Below are positions 1 through 13,328 of a stretch of 64,000 nucleotides of DNA, piece after piece. The stretch comes from Diadema antillarum. Taxonomy: Eukaryota. Position numbers and translations under genes: made by a program. The notes under the pieces were generated by a model, which worked only from the letters and a program-made list of their open reading frames with translations, made no database searches and had not been told where the DNA came from. Position 1 is the stretch's first letter, and the number at the start of each line of letters is the position of its first letter. The DNA lies in the NCBI RefSeq assembly GCF_040938485.1, contig NW_027271543.1, positions 1,612,001 to 1,676,000 on the forward strand, written 5' to 3'.

Positions 1-60
1 TATTCTACTAGTATTGCTACATTTACTCAATCCTCATGTTAAATTTAGTTTCATTCCACT
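1..60. mobile_element. Right end of a TTAA-type MITE, truncated by the window start
   Basis: ttctactagtattgctacatttactcaatcctcatg matches the right arms of the copies at 7999-8568, 23002-23570 and 42866-43433. Confidence 0.55.
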
Positions 61-459
61 GAAGTACAATACTACTCCATATTTTGGGCGACTTCAATAA
101 ATGTAGTAGAGGTAAATCAAACCAAGACATCGAAATTGAATGTGAAGAAGAAAGTTATGATATTTTACAGTTCCACATGCATTGTCGCTGAGCATTTGTT
201 GCAATGATGTCATATGATATGCAGATTAGATGAGGTATTGATGTCATCAATCACAAGTTTCCCATTGGTTTAGTATGCACAAACTATCATCACCAAAAAT
301 TGTGTATTGGAACATGATTTGTTTCCAAATCACTGGCAGATTATTACAATACAGCAATATCTAGAAGCAAAGAATATATGCATAATATCTTTTTCAATTC
401 ATTTCAAAACCTTTTCCCTCATAATCAGTCACTCTTTCACTTTCGTAATAGTATCATAT

Positions 460-609
460 CAGTGGCAGATCCAGGGAGGACCGTACCGGGCGCACGTCCC
501 CCTTTATTTTCTGTTGAAACAAAAGAAAAAAATGGCGGAGGGGTGTGTGTGCCCCCCTTTAATTTTGTAAACGCGCTCCTTCTTTACATAATTACTAGAT
601 CCGCCCCTG
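460..609. mobile_element. Short TIR element (MITE)
   Basis: CAGTGGCAGATCCAG...CTAGATCCGCCCCTG; flanks CATAT and CATAG. Confidence 0.65.
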
Positions 610-3402
610 CATAGATCAGTCAGTGTCAATACAGGCACATAGCACAAATTCCCACATACATGTATATCATGAAATACACCATATGGAGACAGACTATAAA
701 ACTTTTTTTTTGTTTGTTTAGAAAGGAGATCATTCATTACAAATGCATCTTTTGGTGTGCACATGTATGTGTGCATGAGTGTAAAAGTATGCTTTTAATT
801 AAATTAACATGTTCACTGTTAGACTGTTCTTTTGATTGCCTTTTGGCCACTGACATAGTTTTTGGTTTCATCTAAATGTGTTTGCCATCATAAAGCATCA
901 ATCACTCCATTTTGAGAAATGTTGCTGCTGTTGAGAAACAGCGCCAATGTGCCATGTGTAGGCCTCCTGTTGTGAGTATGCAGCCTTTTACTAGTATTTG
1001 GTTCGTAACTGGAGTAGGGCGCTTTTGAAGCTAAAGTGTGCTGAAATCAATACAGTGCCGTATCCGGCGGCATCATGGAGGCCCCAGCTTGTAAACCCGA
1101 CATTGGCACCCGGCACACAATACAGTGGATCTCTAAGCCCACCTACAGCTGTAGAGTAGGAGCAGAAAAAACGCTCATTCTGGTGCTTCCTCCCATGTGT
1201 TTCACCCATAGACCTCTCCTCGAGAATGTGTGCAAAAAGTAAAAAAAAAAAGAAGAAAAAAAGGCTGAGTAGAGAGTGCTGCTCATTATGTGAGATATTG
1301 GAATGCAGTACTCTGCATCAATGCTTGGAAAATGTGGCATCCATTCAACAACCAAGCTTCCCCATCATTCCCACCTCCCCCCCCCCCCCCCCATCCCATG
1401 CCTGATGATTTCAACAGGCATTTCTGTGATGTCCATATGCTTTGTACACCTACAGTACATTAGCATTGACCAAGAAAAAAAGAAGAAGATAAGGTCATGG
1501 TTTGGTATATTATATTCAACAGACAGTGCTATGGCTTTGAATTCTATTTCTACTCTGTAAAGCCAGTATGTCTTTGGCATTAGCATGGAAAAGCCACTGT
1601 GTGTGTGATTTAGTAGCAGTTACTAGACCTTTTTTGTTTTATGGTCTAGTAAAGGAATTTAGGTCAAGAAGTGCCAGTCACCAGATGTAGCATGATAATG
1701 GGAATATGCATGGGAGGCAAATTTTGAAAGAAGGGACATAAAAAAAAATTATTCCAGGTTCATGAGTGCATAAATGTTTAAAATTGTGGCCTATTTGCAG
1801 ATCCTAAACTTTTTTCTTTGTGGATTTTAGCAGTTTTAAACTAAACATATGTTAGTCAGGAGACTGAAAGAACTTGAGACTTAATGTCTCAACCTATGTG
1901 TTTGAGACAGTTCTTATATTGCTCTTACACATGGGGAGGATAAATCTAGTCCATTCTGTTTCTTTGAGTTTCCCTTATGAATTGCAACAGATCTGTATTT
2001 ACGGTATTGTATGTGTGATGTACATGTGCATATATGCTGTAACATTACAAATTTATGAAGTTTGGACAAATGAGCAAACATTGTTTACAAAAATCGTCGT
2101 CAGAGAAGAAGGCAAAGAAGTTAGAATAAATTCCCAGGGCTTGCTGCTGTGTAGTAATTGGGTCTAGAGACGTGTTAATGAGCCCACGGAGAGACAAGCT
2201 GGTATCTTTTTAGAGCATGTGTTTATGTTTTTTCTGATAACTGGCTATATGATGTATGTTGCTGTGGAGATGGATACCACCTTTGCTGGTTGGTTCTAGA
2301 ATGCTAAATTAAGCGCACAGCAGCTTGCACAGATTTATCATACAGTTATAGTATACATTCTTGCAATAATTGTAGATACACTTTACTTGAGTTAGAGATG
2401 TTACAGGTGCATAAGAAGCAACAATGACAATGGCAACAGCAATGACGACAACAACTACAACAACAGCAACGCTCACGCAAATACAACTCTTTACTTGTTG
2501 GTTTACCATGGCATATTGTTTGTGTGAGTGCCACCTCCATTGGTATGATGGGTGTATTACAAGAATGCCTGATGCTTTTTTATGTACAGTGTAGTATTTA
2601 GGGGAGGGCTTTCCAGATCCAAACTCTTCTGATTATTTCAATGTGTTATTTGTTTTTTTTTTACACATTTTCAACAAGCATCAATACCATTTGACAGGTT
2701 TCCCAAAAGTTTAAAATGATACACACAGGTCACATGTCTTTCCTAATGACATGCATAGGGTTTTTTTTTTTTTTTTTTTTTTTTTAGTTGAAAAGGGACT
2801 CAGAGACAACTTTCTTATGATCAAACTCACACTTGTTGCATGTTAATAGTGTGAGTCAATTCAGATGCACTATTTGCAAAACCTTGTTATGTGTGTGGAT
2901 TCAGAGTGTATACAAATTATGATTTATAAATTCTCTTGGCTTTAATCCTGTACTGAATGCAAATGCATTTTTTTTTTCATTTCTTAGGGTGGGAGGGGGG
3001 AGGGAGAAGGGGTTGATCTCATATTCCAGTCAGTGTAAAAGATATGGTTGATTTGGACGTGAGAAAGAGTTAGTGCCAGGATTTTTCATGATGTAGATGA
3101 ATCATCCATATCAGTGGCTGCATGGTTCGTATGATTAGCTCGTATAATCTGGGTAATGTTCAGTTGGAACACAGTGCTCGAAGACTGCTGGCTACAGACA
3201 ATTGACATTCTTGACCTTGGCTGATGTTGATTATCGTTATAATGGCTGTATATATGTGACCTCAATACATGTATGTTACCCATGCTTTAAATGTTGAACA
3301 GCATACAGCAGCATGTGTCGCCATATGACTACAGGGATGGCGTGTTTGAAACAGCATTCCAAATTTCCAGTGAGCACTTCCTCTTCTACCAATTATGCAA
3401 AG

Positions 3403-3640
3403 TACTTTATACGCCGAATATTTTGTGAGGTTTTTATTTTTGCAAATTTCGTGAGTCAGGTGCTATTCACGAAATTAAAGACATGCGAAAATATTGATTC
3501 TGATCCCCAATTTGAATGTGACATACACATTTCTCCATTCAGTTCAGTACTCCACAATCACGAATTTAACCACTCGCGAAATTTTCGGAAAGTCCCGATT
3601 CGCGAAAATTTAGACTCGCTCAATATATGGCCTATACAAT
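3403..3640. mobile_element. CGCGAA-family MITE, diverged (related fragments at ~17790-17920 and ~21190-21376)
   Basis: Shares AAGTCCCGATTCGCGAAAATTTAGACTCGCT with ~17870-17900. Confidence 0.65.
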
Positions 3641-6600
3641 GGTGGTTGGATTTATTGATATCCTGGTGATATGATGACACTGCCATGGTTGCCAGAAAAA
3701 AACTTGGAGTCTGATATCAACTATTCAAACAAACTGAATACAATGTTTCCCCAACAAATTGTACCTGTATAATGTACCAATGTGTGTATGAAAATGCATG
3801 TTAACTTTGACTGAAGTTTCCTTGTTTCTTTATTTTTGAGTTGGGGGGGGGGGGGAGAAATGGATAGGGGAGTTTTGTTTTGTTTTGTTTTGTTTTTAGA
3901 AAGAGACATGATTGTCAAATCACCCCTAAAAGATGAAGTATAGTTTATGGGTTTTTTTTTTTTTGGGTAAAATTTCCTGTTACTCATGCACCAAATATGT
4001 CTTGTATATGGTTGACAAATGCGTTACTGGACCACCTCAACCAAGTTCTTGATATTGGATATCACTTCATCTAATGAAACAATAACAGTAGTTGGAGTGA
4101 TGCACAACAATTGACCAATTAGTAACTTAGGAAAACTAATTTCAGAGATCAATGTGGAGGTGTTTCCCATACCTGCAGCACGTATCCAATAGGTACATGT
4201 AGCATAAATATACCTAGGAACATTGTTTGCTGTCATATGCTGCATATTAATTCACCACCAGACCAAAGATCCTCCGGATTTCCATTATAATCCTTTCCCC
4301 TTATTCTGTATGGGATTATTCAAGAAAATGATGTCTCTGATAAGCTCATAAGTGAACAAGAATAACCTCACTGTTGTTTTTGCATTTGTGTGTTAACTGA
4401 TTGGGCATCAGTACAAGTGGTAATGGGAATTATGTATATACTCGTGATTTAGTCAATCTGCGCATTTGACAGGCCCATTTTGCCCGAGTCCCGCGGTGGC
4501 GCTTCCCAAATTAGGGAGCGGAAGAGCTTCATTTTGCCTGCACTATGATGCAATTTAAATCATTTTGTACTGTAATTAAATCAGTTGGTAGTGTGCATAC
4601 ATCCCAAATACTAAAATTGATGCATGTATTATACATGTATCTATTAGGCTCATAATGATCAAGACAGTAGTTCAGTCCATATCCTGTGTTGCAGCATAAC
4701 ACGTTTGGCCTAGTCCTCTCTCTCTCGCTCTGGCAGATGCCTGACATAGCAATGATTTAGTTTCCCTGACCTGTAGGTATATGTCCCAATCTAGTTCATC
4801 ATGTAACTCTCTCGTTACTATCACTACCCATTTGCATGCCATGTCAAAGGCATTTTGAAACAAAGGTTCTAACAGAATTAATCTGCAAATGAGACGGAGT
4901 GTATGTTGATTTTTCTGCAAGTAAAACAGTTAAACATATATATTTTAAGTTATCATGAACATATAGTTGTTCGCGTGAGTGACCTCTGTGATATGAAAGC
5001 AGTTCTTCAAAACCTTTAGTATGTTTAGAGTGAAAACAACTTTTTCTACGTACATCTTCATGAAGTTTTGCAGGAGTGGTAACCCCCTTTGGCACCAACA
5101 GTTACAGAGAGAATTTCATTTACAGCCTATCCATGCAAATTATTGTAAAAGAGCTGTTATTTTCATGAGGGTTTAACTGATAGCAAATTTGGTGATTCTC
5201 TGTTGGGCCACAAATGTACACGTAACAACACCCGAAAAATATCTCCACATGCAAGGGTATGTACTAATATCTTTGTGCACTTACATTGTATGTGTCTGAT
5301 GGCCTCGGTGTCAAATTGCAAAAACAACATCTCACGAAAAATGTCTGTGACCTCCTTCCTGAAAATATCTGTATGCACAAAAACAGCTTTTACAGTACAT
5401 CATCATCCTTACAAATGCTTCTATCATGTGCTTTCTACATGTACAGTGTACTTTGTGCAAACACTTTGAAAATAGCAAATTCTGAAACCTCCTTTTTTAT
5501 AGAGCTACAAATGTACCGGTATGTTGAAAGTTGTATGTAACAAGAGTTCAAATGGAAACATAATATTTGACTTTTGGTAAAAGAAAGTCAGACTTTTTCC
5601 CTTTACCCTCCCAGTTCTAGCAAATGTACACTGGATGTTAGTGAGTGATACCAATACAAAATGGCAGACTTGCTCCCTTAATTTTGTGTGATTTAAAAGT
5701 CTTCAATACATTGTAGGTCTGCCAAAGTTAAGATGCAACCATTATGTCATACTTCAGTATCTTGCTTGACATTTCTCTTGACATCTTTCCTGGAATTTCA
5801 CTGCAATCTGTATTGACTGAATGTAACTCGTGAAGCGTGTCTATCACACAAATTGATGGCCTCCAGGTTTTTACTGATACAGTGGCGTCAGATCAACCCA
5901 CGCACTTTACCAGTGCAGACATTTTCAATCAATTTCATCTTTTCCTCTTTTCTTGCTACTATATTCCTTTGTCATAATGATGCTCACAAGCAGTTAGAAG
6001 TACATGCAGGAAATTTAGTGAGAAGAAAGTACGAGGGGGGGGGGGTGGACATGATTATAACAATATCTAAATCTTATTCGGAAGCAAACTGCAGCAAATA
6101 ATGCCAGCCCATGGTTCTTTGTTTTTTCTTAAGCTACACAGGTTTGTGAAGTTGTGGGGCACAATCTGTGTATTAGATTCACTGTCCCAGCATTTGTTCA
6201 CTGTAACAGCAAAGACTATGATAATTGATGACAGTGTCCGTAATTGCAAATTTAAATTCTTTGTTTATCATCTTCTCCCTGAGCACTATTTACACAGGTT
6301 CATCTTCTGTTTTTGTGCAGATCACCATTAACATCTGGAGTAATGACTTGAAAAGGTTTTTGATTTCTCATAGCACAAGTAAATATAATACGGCCTTCCA
6401 TCTTAGTGGAGACTATCATCATTTTAGTAGGATTTATTAGAAACTGAAAGGATCTGAAATGATATACAATGTAATGTCACAACATTTCACAGTCAGTATT
6501 ACAAATGGCCGCCCTGTTTTCATAGCTTTTGCCATCCTAAGCATGAAGTATTCTAATTACCCATAATACTCATTTTTGCTCCTATGTTTTTATGATATAG

Positions 6601-7410
6601 TTTTATTCATTTTAATGTAGAAATGATCTATACATGCCAACATTCAGCTTCAGTGAGCAAGCATCTAACATTGAGGGGAAAAAAAGTCACCTTAAATGCA
6701 ATTTTTTTTTTCTATGAAATCAGTTGATATGATTGAGAAGTACAAGGAATTATTTCAATGAGTCCTTCAGGAAAAAAAAAAAGAAGATTGCTAGCTTCTC
6801 TTGCAATTACAACATGTAATTCTTGTTACCGATACACTTTGGTTGAGGTACATTTTTCATGCTTGCAAAGATATTGCTCCAGTAAGCCACACTGTCATCC
6901 ATTTCATGTTGCTTGGTAGTATGGCTTAGTTGTTCAAGGACTCAAAATTTGGCTCCACTCAATTTTCAACACCTGTATGTTAGTCATGCAAGGCTAGGTA
7001 ACGACGTCATGGAGACTCTTGCATAATTTATGTTACCACTGAATGATGAGGGAGAATTCCTTGAATGGGAGAAAAAAAAAAAACAACTGAAGAATAGCTG
7101 GAAATAATGATTTATTTGCAAAGCCTGCCGTGCAAATTTGATTGCCAGAAATGGAAGGTTTTCATAAATTGATCTTGATTCATCATACGAAGAGGAAGTG
7201 TGAGTGCTTGGTAGAGTGAGAGTATGAGAGGGAGAGATTCGGTTCAGGATGGATGGGGCAGACATGTTTTCTTTCATTAAATACTTTTGCAATAAACTGG
7301 ATGTGTGGGAAAGCAGTCCTCACTAGAGAATTTAATTCAATGTTGGATCTCATTTATTTAGTCCATACTTCTCATGAGAAACATAGAGAAAGAGAGAGAG
7401 AGACAGAGGC

Positions 7411-7443
<33 letters not shown>

Positions 7444-7998
7444 ATTTTTGTGTGTATATGTGTCATAAACTTTTTGTATTATTTTGTAATAAACTAGTTG
7501 GTAATAAACTAATTTTATAATAAACTAATTTGTATACTGTGTATATGAAAAAGAAAGAAAATTAAAGATTGACAAAAACAAATATGTGTGGAGGGGATGT
7601 CTGTCATTCTTGGTCATCAATTGTAATGCAGTTATCATAGGTGATGCCTCCAATTTCATATGCTAACTGGGAATTAGAGAATTTCGACTTTTTTTCCCCC
7701 CATTTCAAAATTTCCAATGTAACAAAGGTTTAGAATGATATTTACCAGACTATTTTGATACTGTATGCCAAATTGTACGATGAAATATTACATTTTCATG
7801 GTACGATCGTATGTGGCATTTGATAAGCTTACCATGTAGAAGATTGTTATCAGTGTTATCAGTCAACCTCTGTTGATTGAATAGTGGATTGTGTCAAAGG
7901 ATCAACATCTCAGCTGGTCTCAGAGTTAGTATTAGACTTCAGATACAATGTGTGATGCATTACATCAACTTTGATTGGAAATGTCTCGTAAGTTTTAG

Positions 7999-8568
7999 AG
8001 GGGGAATGAAACTCAGATGTAATGTTGTATAATATGTGGATTGAGTGAATGCAAGAGTACAGATTTATAAGTACAGTGTAGAACACATCAGTGAAGTTTT
8101 AAGAAATTTGAGCAATCCGTTCAAAAGTTATAAAGTTTTAAAATATGTTAAGCACTGCAGTAGTTCGATAAAAAACAAAACAATCGCATTGTCATAGTAG
8201 GACAATGATATAAAGAAAATATAAAGAAAATTCCACTGTATTAAAAGTAATTCCTTCTACACCTGGACTGGTTATTGTCACATGTTAAGGGTAACATTAT
8301 ACTACTCCTGAAAGAGGTAAGCCAAGTGCTCTTTCATTATGCTAGAAAAATGAAAATATGTTGAATTTTTGTATATTTTCTTTTATCGTTGTCCATATTA
8401 AAGAGACATCAAGAATTTTTGTAGTCTTCTATCCAGTGATGTCTGTACTGAAATTGTGAAAATTTATAACTTTTTAACGGATTGTCAGATTTCCTCAAAC
8501 TTCACTGATGTGTTCTACTATTATTTCTGCATTTACTCAATCCACATATTGAGGTTTGATTCTCCCCT
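7999..8568. mobile_element. TTAA-flanked MITE with long TIRs (Kolobok-like non-autonomous), diverged copy
   Basis: AGGGGGAATG...TTCTCCCCT followed by TTAA; arms share TAGAACACATCAGTGAAG and CAATCCGTTCAAAAGTTAT with the other copies. Confidence 0.75.
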
Positions 8569-9629
8569 TTAAGTCTGCTCTTGTCCTAGTGGTATTACAG
8601 TACATGAGAATATAGATGTTCAAACTGAAAGTAAAATTCCAGTGCTCACCAAACCTTTGAATACTTTCAAAATGATCTGGTATCATTCCTGGGAATACTG
8701 GACCTCATAAACCACATGATTCTTTTAGAGACCCTCCTTTAACACACCGCATGAAATTTTCTCAGAATCTCTCGTTGGCCAGTGCTATTTGTAATGCCGG
8801 CAAATATTAAAGTAGTTTGTGACCTACACAGGACCTATGCAGGCAACAGTTTTGTGGTTTTCCACATTCCCGAATTGAGTTTAGTTATATCACACTAGAT
8901 AATGGAGTCTCCTTTAGGGTGTCTTGTCCAGGTAGAGTGGCATAATGATAATAAGAAAAAAAAAATAGAGGGCACAATGATATTAATTGGAAGTAGAGAC
9001 TTTGATTTACCTAGAGTCATTCAAGGCCTTTATGTGTGAAAAACTGAATACATCACAGGAAATCACACTAGGCAGCCCACCACCTATTCAGCTGTATGGC
9101 TGTGGTATTACTACCAGCAATTAGCGGGTGGGCGGGAAGGAAGAAGGGAAAGTAAGGTGCATTCACATTAGAATTATGGTGGTATTAAATACTATTTTGA
9201 TTTGTTGGCACCATTCAGTGGTGTCTCATGACGTGATTCACACTCAAGTCTGGCATGCATATTTTGTTCCAAGTTTGAATTACTACCCTAAATACACGTA
9301 CCACAGTATTTTGCCATTGCATTTTGCTGTGTGTGTATTTTACATTTACAGTGCTATATCTGCACAAAATACTGTGTTATTTCATTGTCAATGTCTTACA
9401 GGCTGTAAAATTGCCATATTCAAAATTTTGAGGAATTTCAAGAAAAACATAATGAGAACTCAAAAGGATGCAAATGTCTAATGCCAGCAACCATACTGTC
9501 ATAATTAAGGAGCCGGTAGCATAGGGAAACACAAGTGGTCTGACTGGATTGATCTTCATTCACTACCCACCAGGGTACTTTCAAAAACCACGAATCATGC
9601 CTGTTAGTGAATATGTGCATCAAAGCGCA

Positions 9630-9772
9630 TACTGTAAAACACAATATTTTTGCGGCATGAAATTTTCGCGAGTTGCCTATAACATTCAGTGCATATAGTG
9701 TAAACAAGAACTTTCGCGAATCTTGGCCCTCGCGAAATTGAAATGCACGCGAACATTCCTCGTTTTACAGTA
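9630..9772. mobile_element. TACTGTA...TACAGTA MITE (CGCGAA family)
   Basis: TACTGTAAAAC...GTTTTACAGTA; the body is the reverse-complement homolog of 56508-56701. Confidence 0.75.
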
Positions 9773-10938
9773 CTCAAAATTGGTTACGGCCGACTCAAGT
9801 CTGTAGATTCCTCAGCTGTGTGTGGACTTACATGGAGATTAAATAAAGCTATACTCCATTCATTACAGGATCCTTCAATACTGGCTGGACCAGCCTTCCC
9901 ACTCCCTGTGCTACCAGATCTTTTAATACTACAATCAGTTTTATGTAAGGGAATGCCGTACAGTCTGGTCTGAGAAAAATCAAAATCTGCTAGAAGGAAG
10001 TAGGAAGTTGCATGTAGGACTAGCTAAGTGCCCTCATTCACACTAGCATTTTGATCCAAAGGCCGTTGAAAGTACCACATTTTTCACCAGACATTCAATT
10101 GCTAACTGTCTTGGAGGAGTTTGTGCCTTTGAATGTTTCTATAACAGATATATGGCGCCATACAAATGCTGTGGATCATCATCATCATCATGTACAACCA
10201 CAACACAATAATTGGATGTTACGCAAGATAACTTAAGTCAAGATTTCTGTTTGATATTGTTTGTGGGTATGACTTCATGAGCCATTGCAGGAATTGAATT
10301 GTAGGAAAATATTATGCAAGTATACAGGTACACAACTGTATGTATGTGAGAAGGAAAGTTGGAGAGACTTTGTATTCTGTTATTCTTGATAAAGAAAAGT
10401 TAAGATTTGTGCTTTGTTATAGATGCACAAAACAAACAGTGAGTACTTTCCACGTGGTTTTTGATACAATCGAGTAGCATGTGGGGCTATTATGAGATGC
10501 CTAATGAGGCGATTTGCTATTTGATCCACTGACATTCATGGTCATGCTATGATCCCAAGTACTTTGAGCAGACAACTTTTTTCTCTCTCTTTTGTCATTA
10601 TTCAATGAACATTTCCATCTGGATGCCATGAATACATACACTGTAGTGTGTGTTACAACACAGTAATGTTTTACTTTTCTTTCCTTGCTGTGTGCTTTTC
10701 TTTTTGACATGAATGCCATTGGCCACGCTTTTTCGTAGGAACATCTTCCCGACTCTACTCAAGATCATGCAGATTCTGGTCTGCCATGCTAATAACAGTA
10801 CCTTTGAAATGTATTTTGCCTGAGTTGCTACAAGTTCTCATCGCTTATTTCTCCACATTCATGTATTAGAGAGTTCTTTTGGACATGTTCTTCTGTGAAA
10901 AAAAGTCAACTTTGATATTATATGAAATCTCCTTTAGA

Positions 10939-11641
10939 ATATGTGACCGTGCACCTCAAAACGAACATAAAGTCGCACACACTGATTTTGCGTGAGGACT
11001 GAAAATAAGTGAAATGGGTCAACCTAGCCGAACATGACTTTTTCATATTTTCTGAAAGAGCGGGTCTTCTTTTACATTATGCTAAAATTTGGTATCATAA
11101 AACGGACAGGAAAGTGTGTTTTTTTCAGCAGTTTATCTCGAACATTTTTGGTAGAATAGTGTGATTAGGTGTGTCTTTAGAATCCCTTTTTCATTTCTGA
11201 AAAACCTTGTCCACACTCTTCACTTTCAACTCTAATAACTTTTGAAAGGATAGTGCTACTGCTTTGAAAGTTGGCATTAATTATGGACAGAATGTGTTAA
11301 TGAGGCATGCCTAATTTCAGTTTAATCTGATAATCTCTTCATTGTTGTTACTCTGGTGGTTTACTTCCTGTTTTTGTCCCATTCATCGCACAGCCAGCAC
11401 GGTTTGGTAAAGATTAAGCGCTTGAATACCGGTAGACACTGTACTTCAGAGCCTCTTTTCTCAGTTCCCACTTTTCCTGAGTCTGTGCTTTCTTTCCAAT
11501 ATTTAGATAGGTTAGGAGAGTCTATTTGATTTGAGTTATACATCATTTTAAAGCTTAAAGTCTGCTCTTTTAGAATATGGTCTTAACAAAAAAAATATGT
11601 CTGGCGACTTTTTGTTTGTTTTGAGGTGCAGGGTCACATAT
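10939..11641. mobile_element. ~700-bp TIR element (MITE)
   Basis: ATATGTGACCGTGCACCTCAAAACGAACATAAAGTCGC versus GCGACTTTTTGTTTGTTTTGAGGTGCAGGGTCACATAT (~38-bp TIR). Confidence 0.8.
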
Positions 11642-12728
11642 AATAGCTGTCATAATGATTAATATGAAACAGTTTTCTCCGTTAGTTATGGGATGTTGGA
11701 GCATATACAGTATTATATGTACACGTGTATGGATTTGTGATTTGGTGACAAATTCATTAGCAAGTGACATATTAATGCCGAGGCTCTTTCCGTGTGCGTT
11801 TGCAAAGACCACGCATCGCATCCCACATGTCATGGCTGTTTGTAGCACTGTAGTATTGAAAGGGAGGAGTGTGATCCATATATGTCATCAGGTCTTTCCT
11901 TGACGGGTTCACTAGCCCATCTGGATTAGCGAGGATTCACCACTTTAAAGGGACGAGGGCTGTCACAATCCCTGGGAGCTCATCATTTGCTGTAGCATTA
12001 TGGCAGTCTCCATGCAGGTCTCCATGTGATTTTTGCCTTGGATCCAGGGTTTTGGGACATGGTACATGTATGTGTGTGTGTGTGTGTGCGTATGTGTGTG
12101 TGTGTGTGTGTGTATGTGTACATACAATGTATATGTGTTGGTCAACATGTGTTTGTTGGGAGAGGGAGGTGAATTAGCTGAAAAGTTTGTTGTTGTTTCA
12201 TGTTGATGACACACATCTCATATTGGCTCTTCCATGTTACAGTGTGTCTTTTCTTGCTTACTGTTCATTTTTTAGTACCGTGCAAGGAGAATTGTGGTTG
12301 TTGTTCTTTGCCACAAAAAGCAGATTTTAATTTGGGGTACCGCCAATAATGCAAGTGCCTCTCAGCCAGCCCTGTTTCAGATGCATTATGGGACAGCTCA
12401 ATTGGCAGAGTTGGATCTAGTCTAGGCTGCATCTTGCTCCAAAAGGCCAGTGCGCAAACAGCATATGTACATACATGTGAAAGCGATGATGCATATCGTG
12501 TTAATAGCCAGCAAGGTCTGCGTGTACGTATATACTGTACTAGTGCTATACAAAGCTACTTTTAGGTATGGGCCTGCCGGTATCATGCATGTATTGCGAT
12601 TGCAATTTGTTAAAACATAAATATGCTACAAGCAACGTTAACTTAAGCTTTTCTGTGTCTGCCATTATCATGTCATATTTTCAATTTCCACAACTCTGTT
12701 TGCAAATTCGGAAGATGGATCACTCATC

Positions 12729-13070
12729 TTGAAACTACAGCTGTATGTGGAAATGACAGTCCCTCAGCTGAAAGCATTGCAGACTGAGAGAGAGATTCCT
12801 TCCCATGGAAAAACCAATTGTGACCTTACATCACTGGCTGTGAAAGCAGCTGAAACATACTCATACAGCGTTATTGAGCCCAGTGATTGGGATGAGTCTG
12901 GGAAGAAGCACCGCTTGTGGAAGAGCTTGCTGGAAACTTCACCCAGGTCACGTCTTTCGTGAATCCAGGGGTATTTTCGAAGATTTCTCCTCTCATCATC
13001 GTGTGACCAGCACATTGCAGCTTTGCAGTGACAACCCATGACTTGAATGTACATGCACACAAATCAGGCA
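12729..13070 (+). pseudogene. Decayed SAP-domain-like ORF fragment, probably a DNA-transposon relic
   Basis: YVEMTVPQLKALQTEREIPSHGKTNCDLTSLAVKA resembles the SAP pattern (Y..LTV.ELK..L..RGL...G.K.EL..RL); stops follow; no true ATG at the track start. Confidence 0.35.
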
Positions 13071-13179
13071 AATTGAAAGACTGTTAACTCTTTTAATGCT
13101 AGTTTGAAACCAAGGAAAGGAGTAGTAGTGAACACACTGCATGCACACCGCCACATTTTCAAAAGTGGGGGGGGGGGGG

Positions 13180-13328
13180 CTCTAGACAGGTTAAAATCTA
13201 CTGCGGGAAACAAAATTTCTGGCCGCGTTAAGACAGGTGGCCGCTATACACAGGGTCTTTAATTAACTGGGCTTTTCTCTCGGGGGGGGGGGGGGATTTT
13301 TCAGAGGCCGCTAAGGCAGGTTTGACTG
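13180..13328. mobile_element. Partial reverse copy of the pogo-like MITE
   Basis: GACAGGTGGCCGCT...GGCAGGTTTGACTG|TA, the reverse complement of motifs in 22203-22387; left end approximate. Confidence 0.6.

Noticed and set aside
4672-5469. Cluster of 70-88 aa ORFs as a possible transposase relic
   Set aside because: No recognisable catalytic motif or TIRs.
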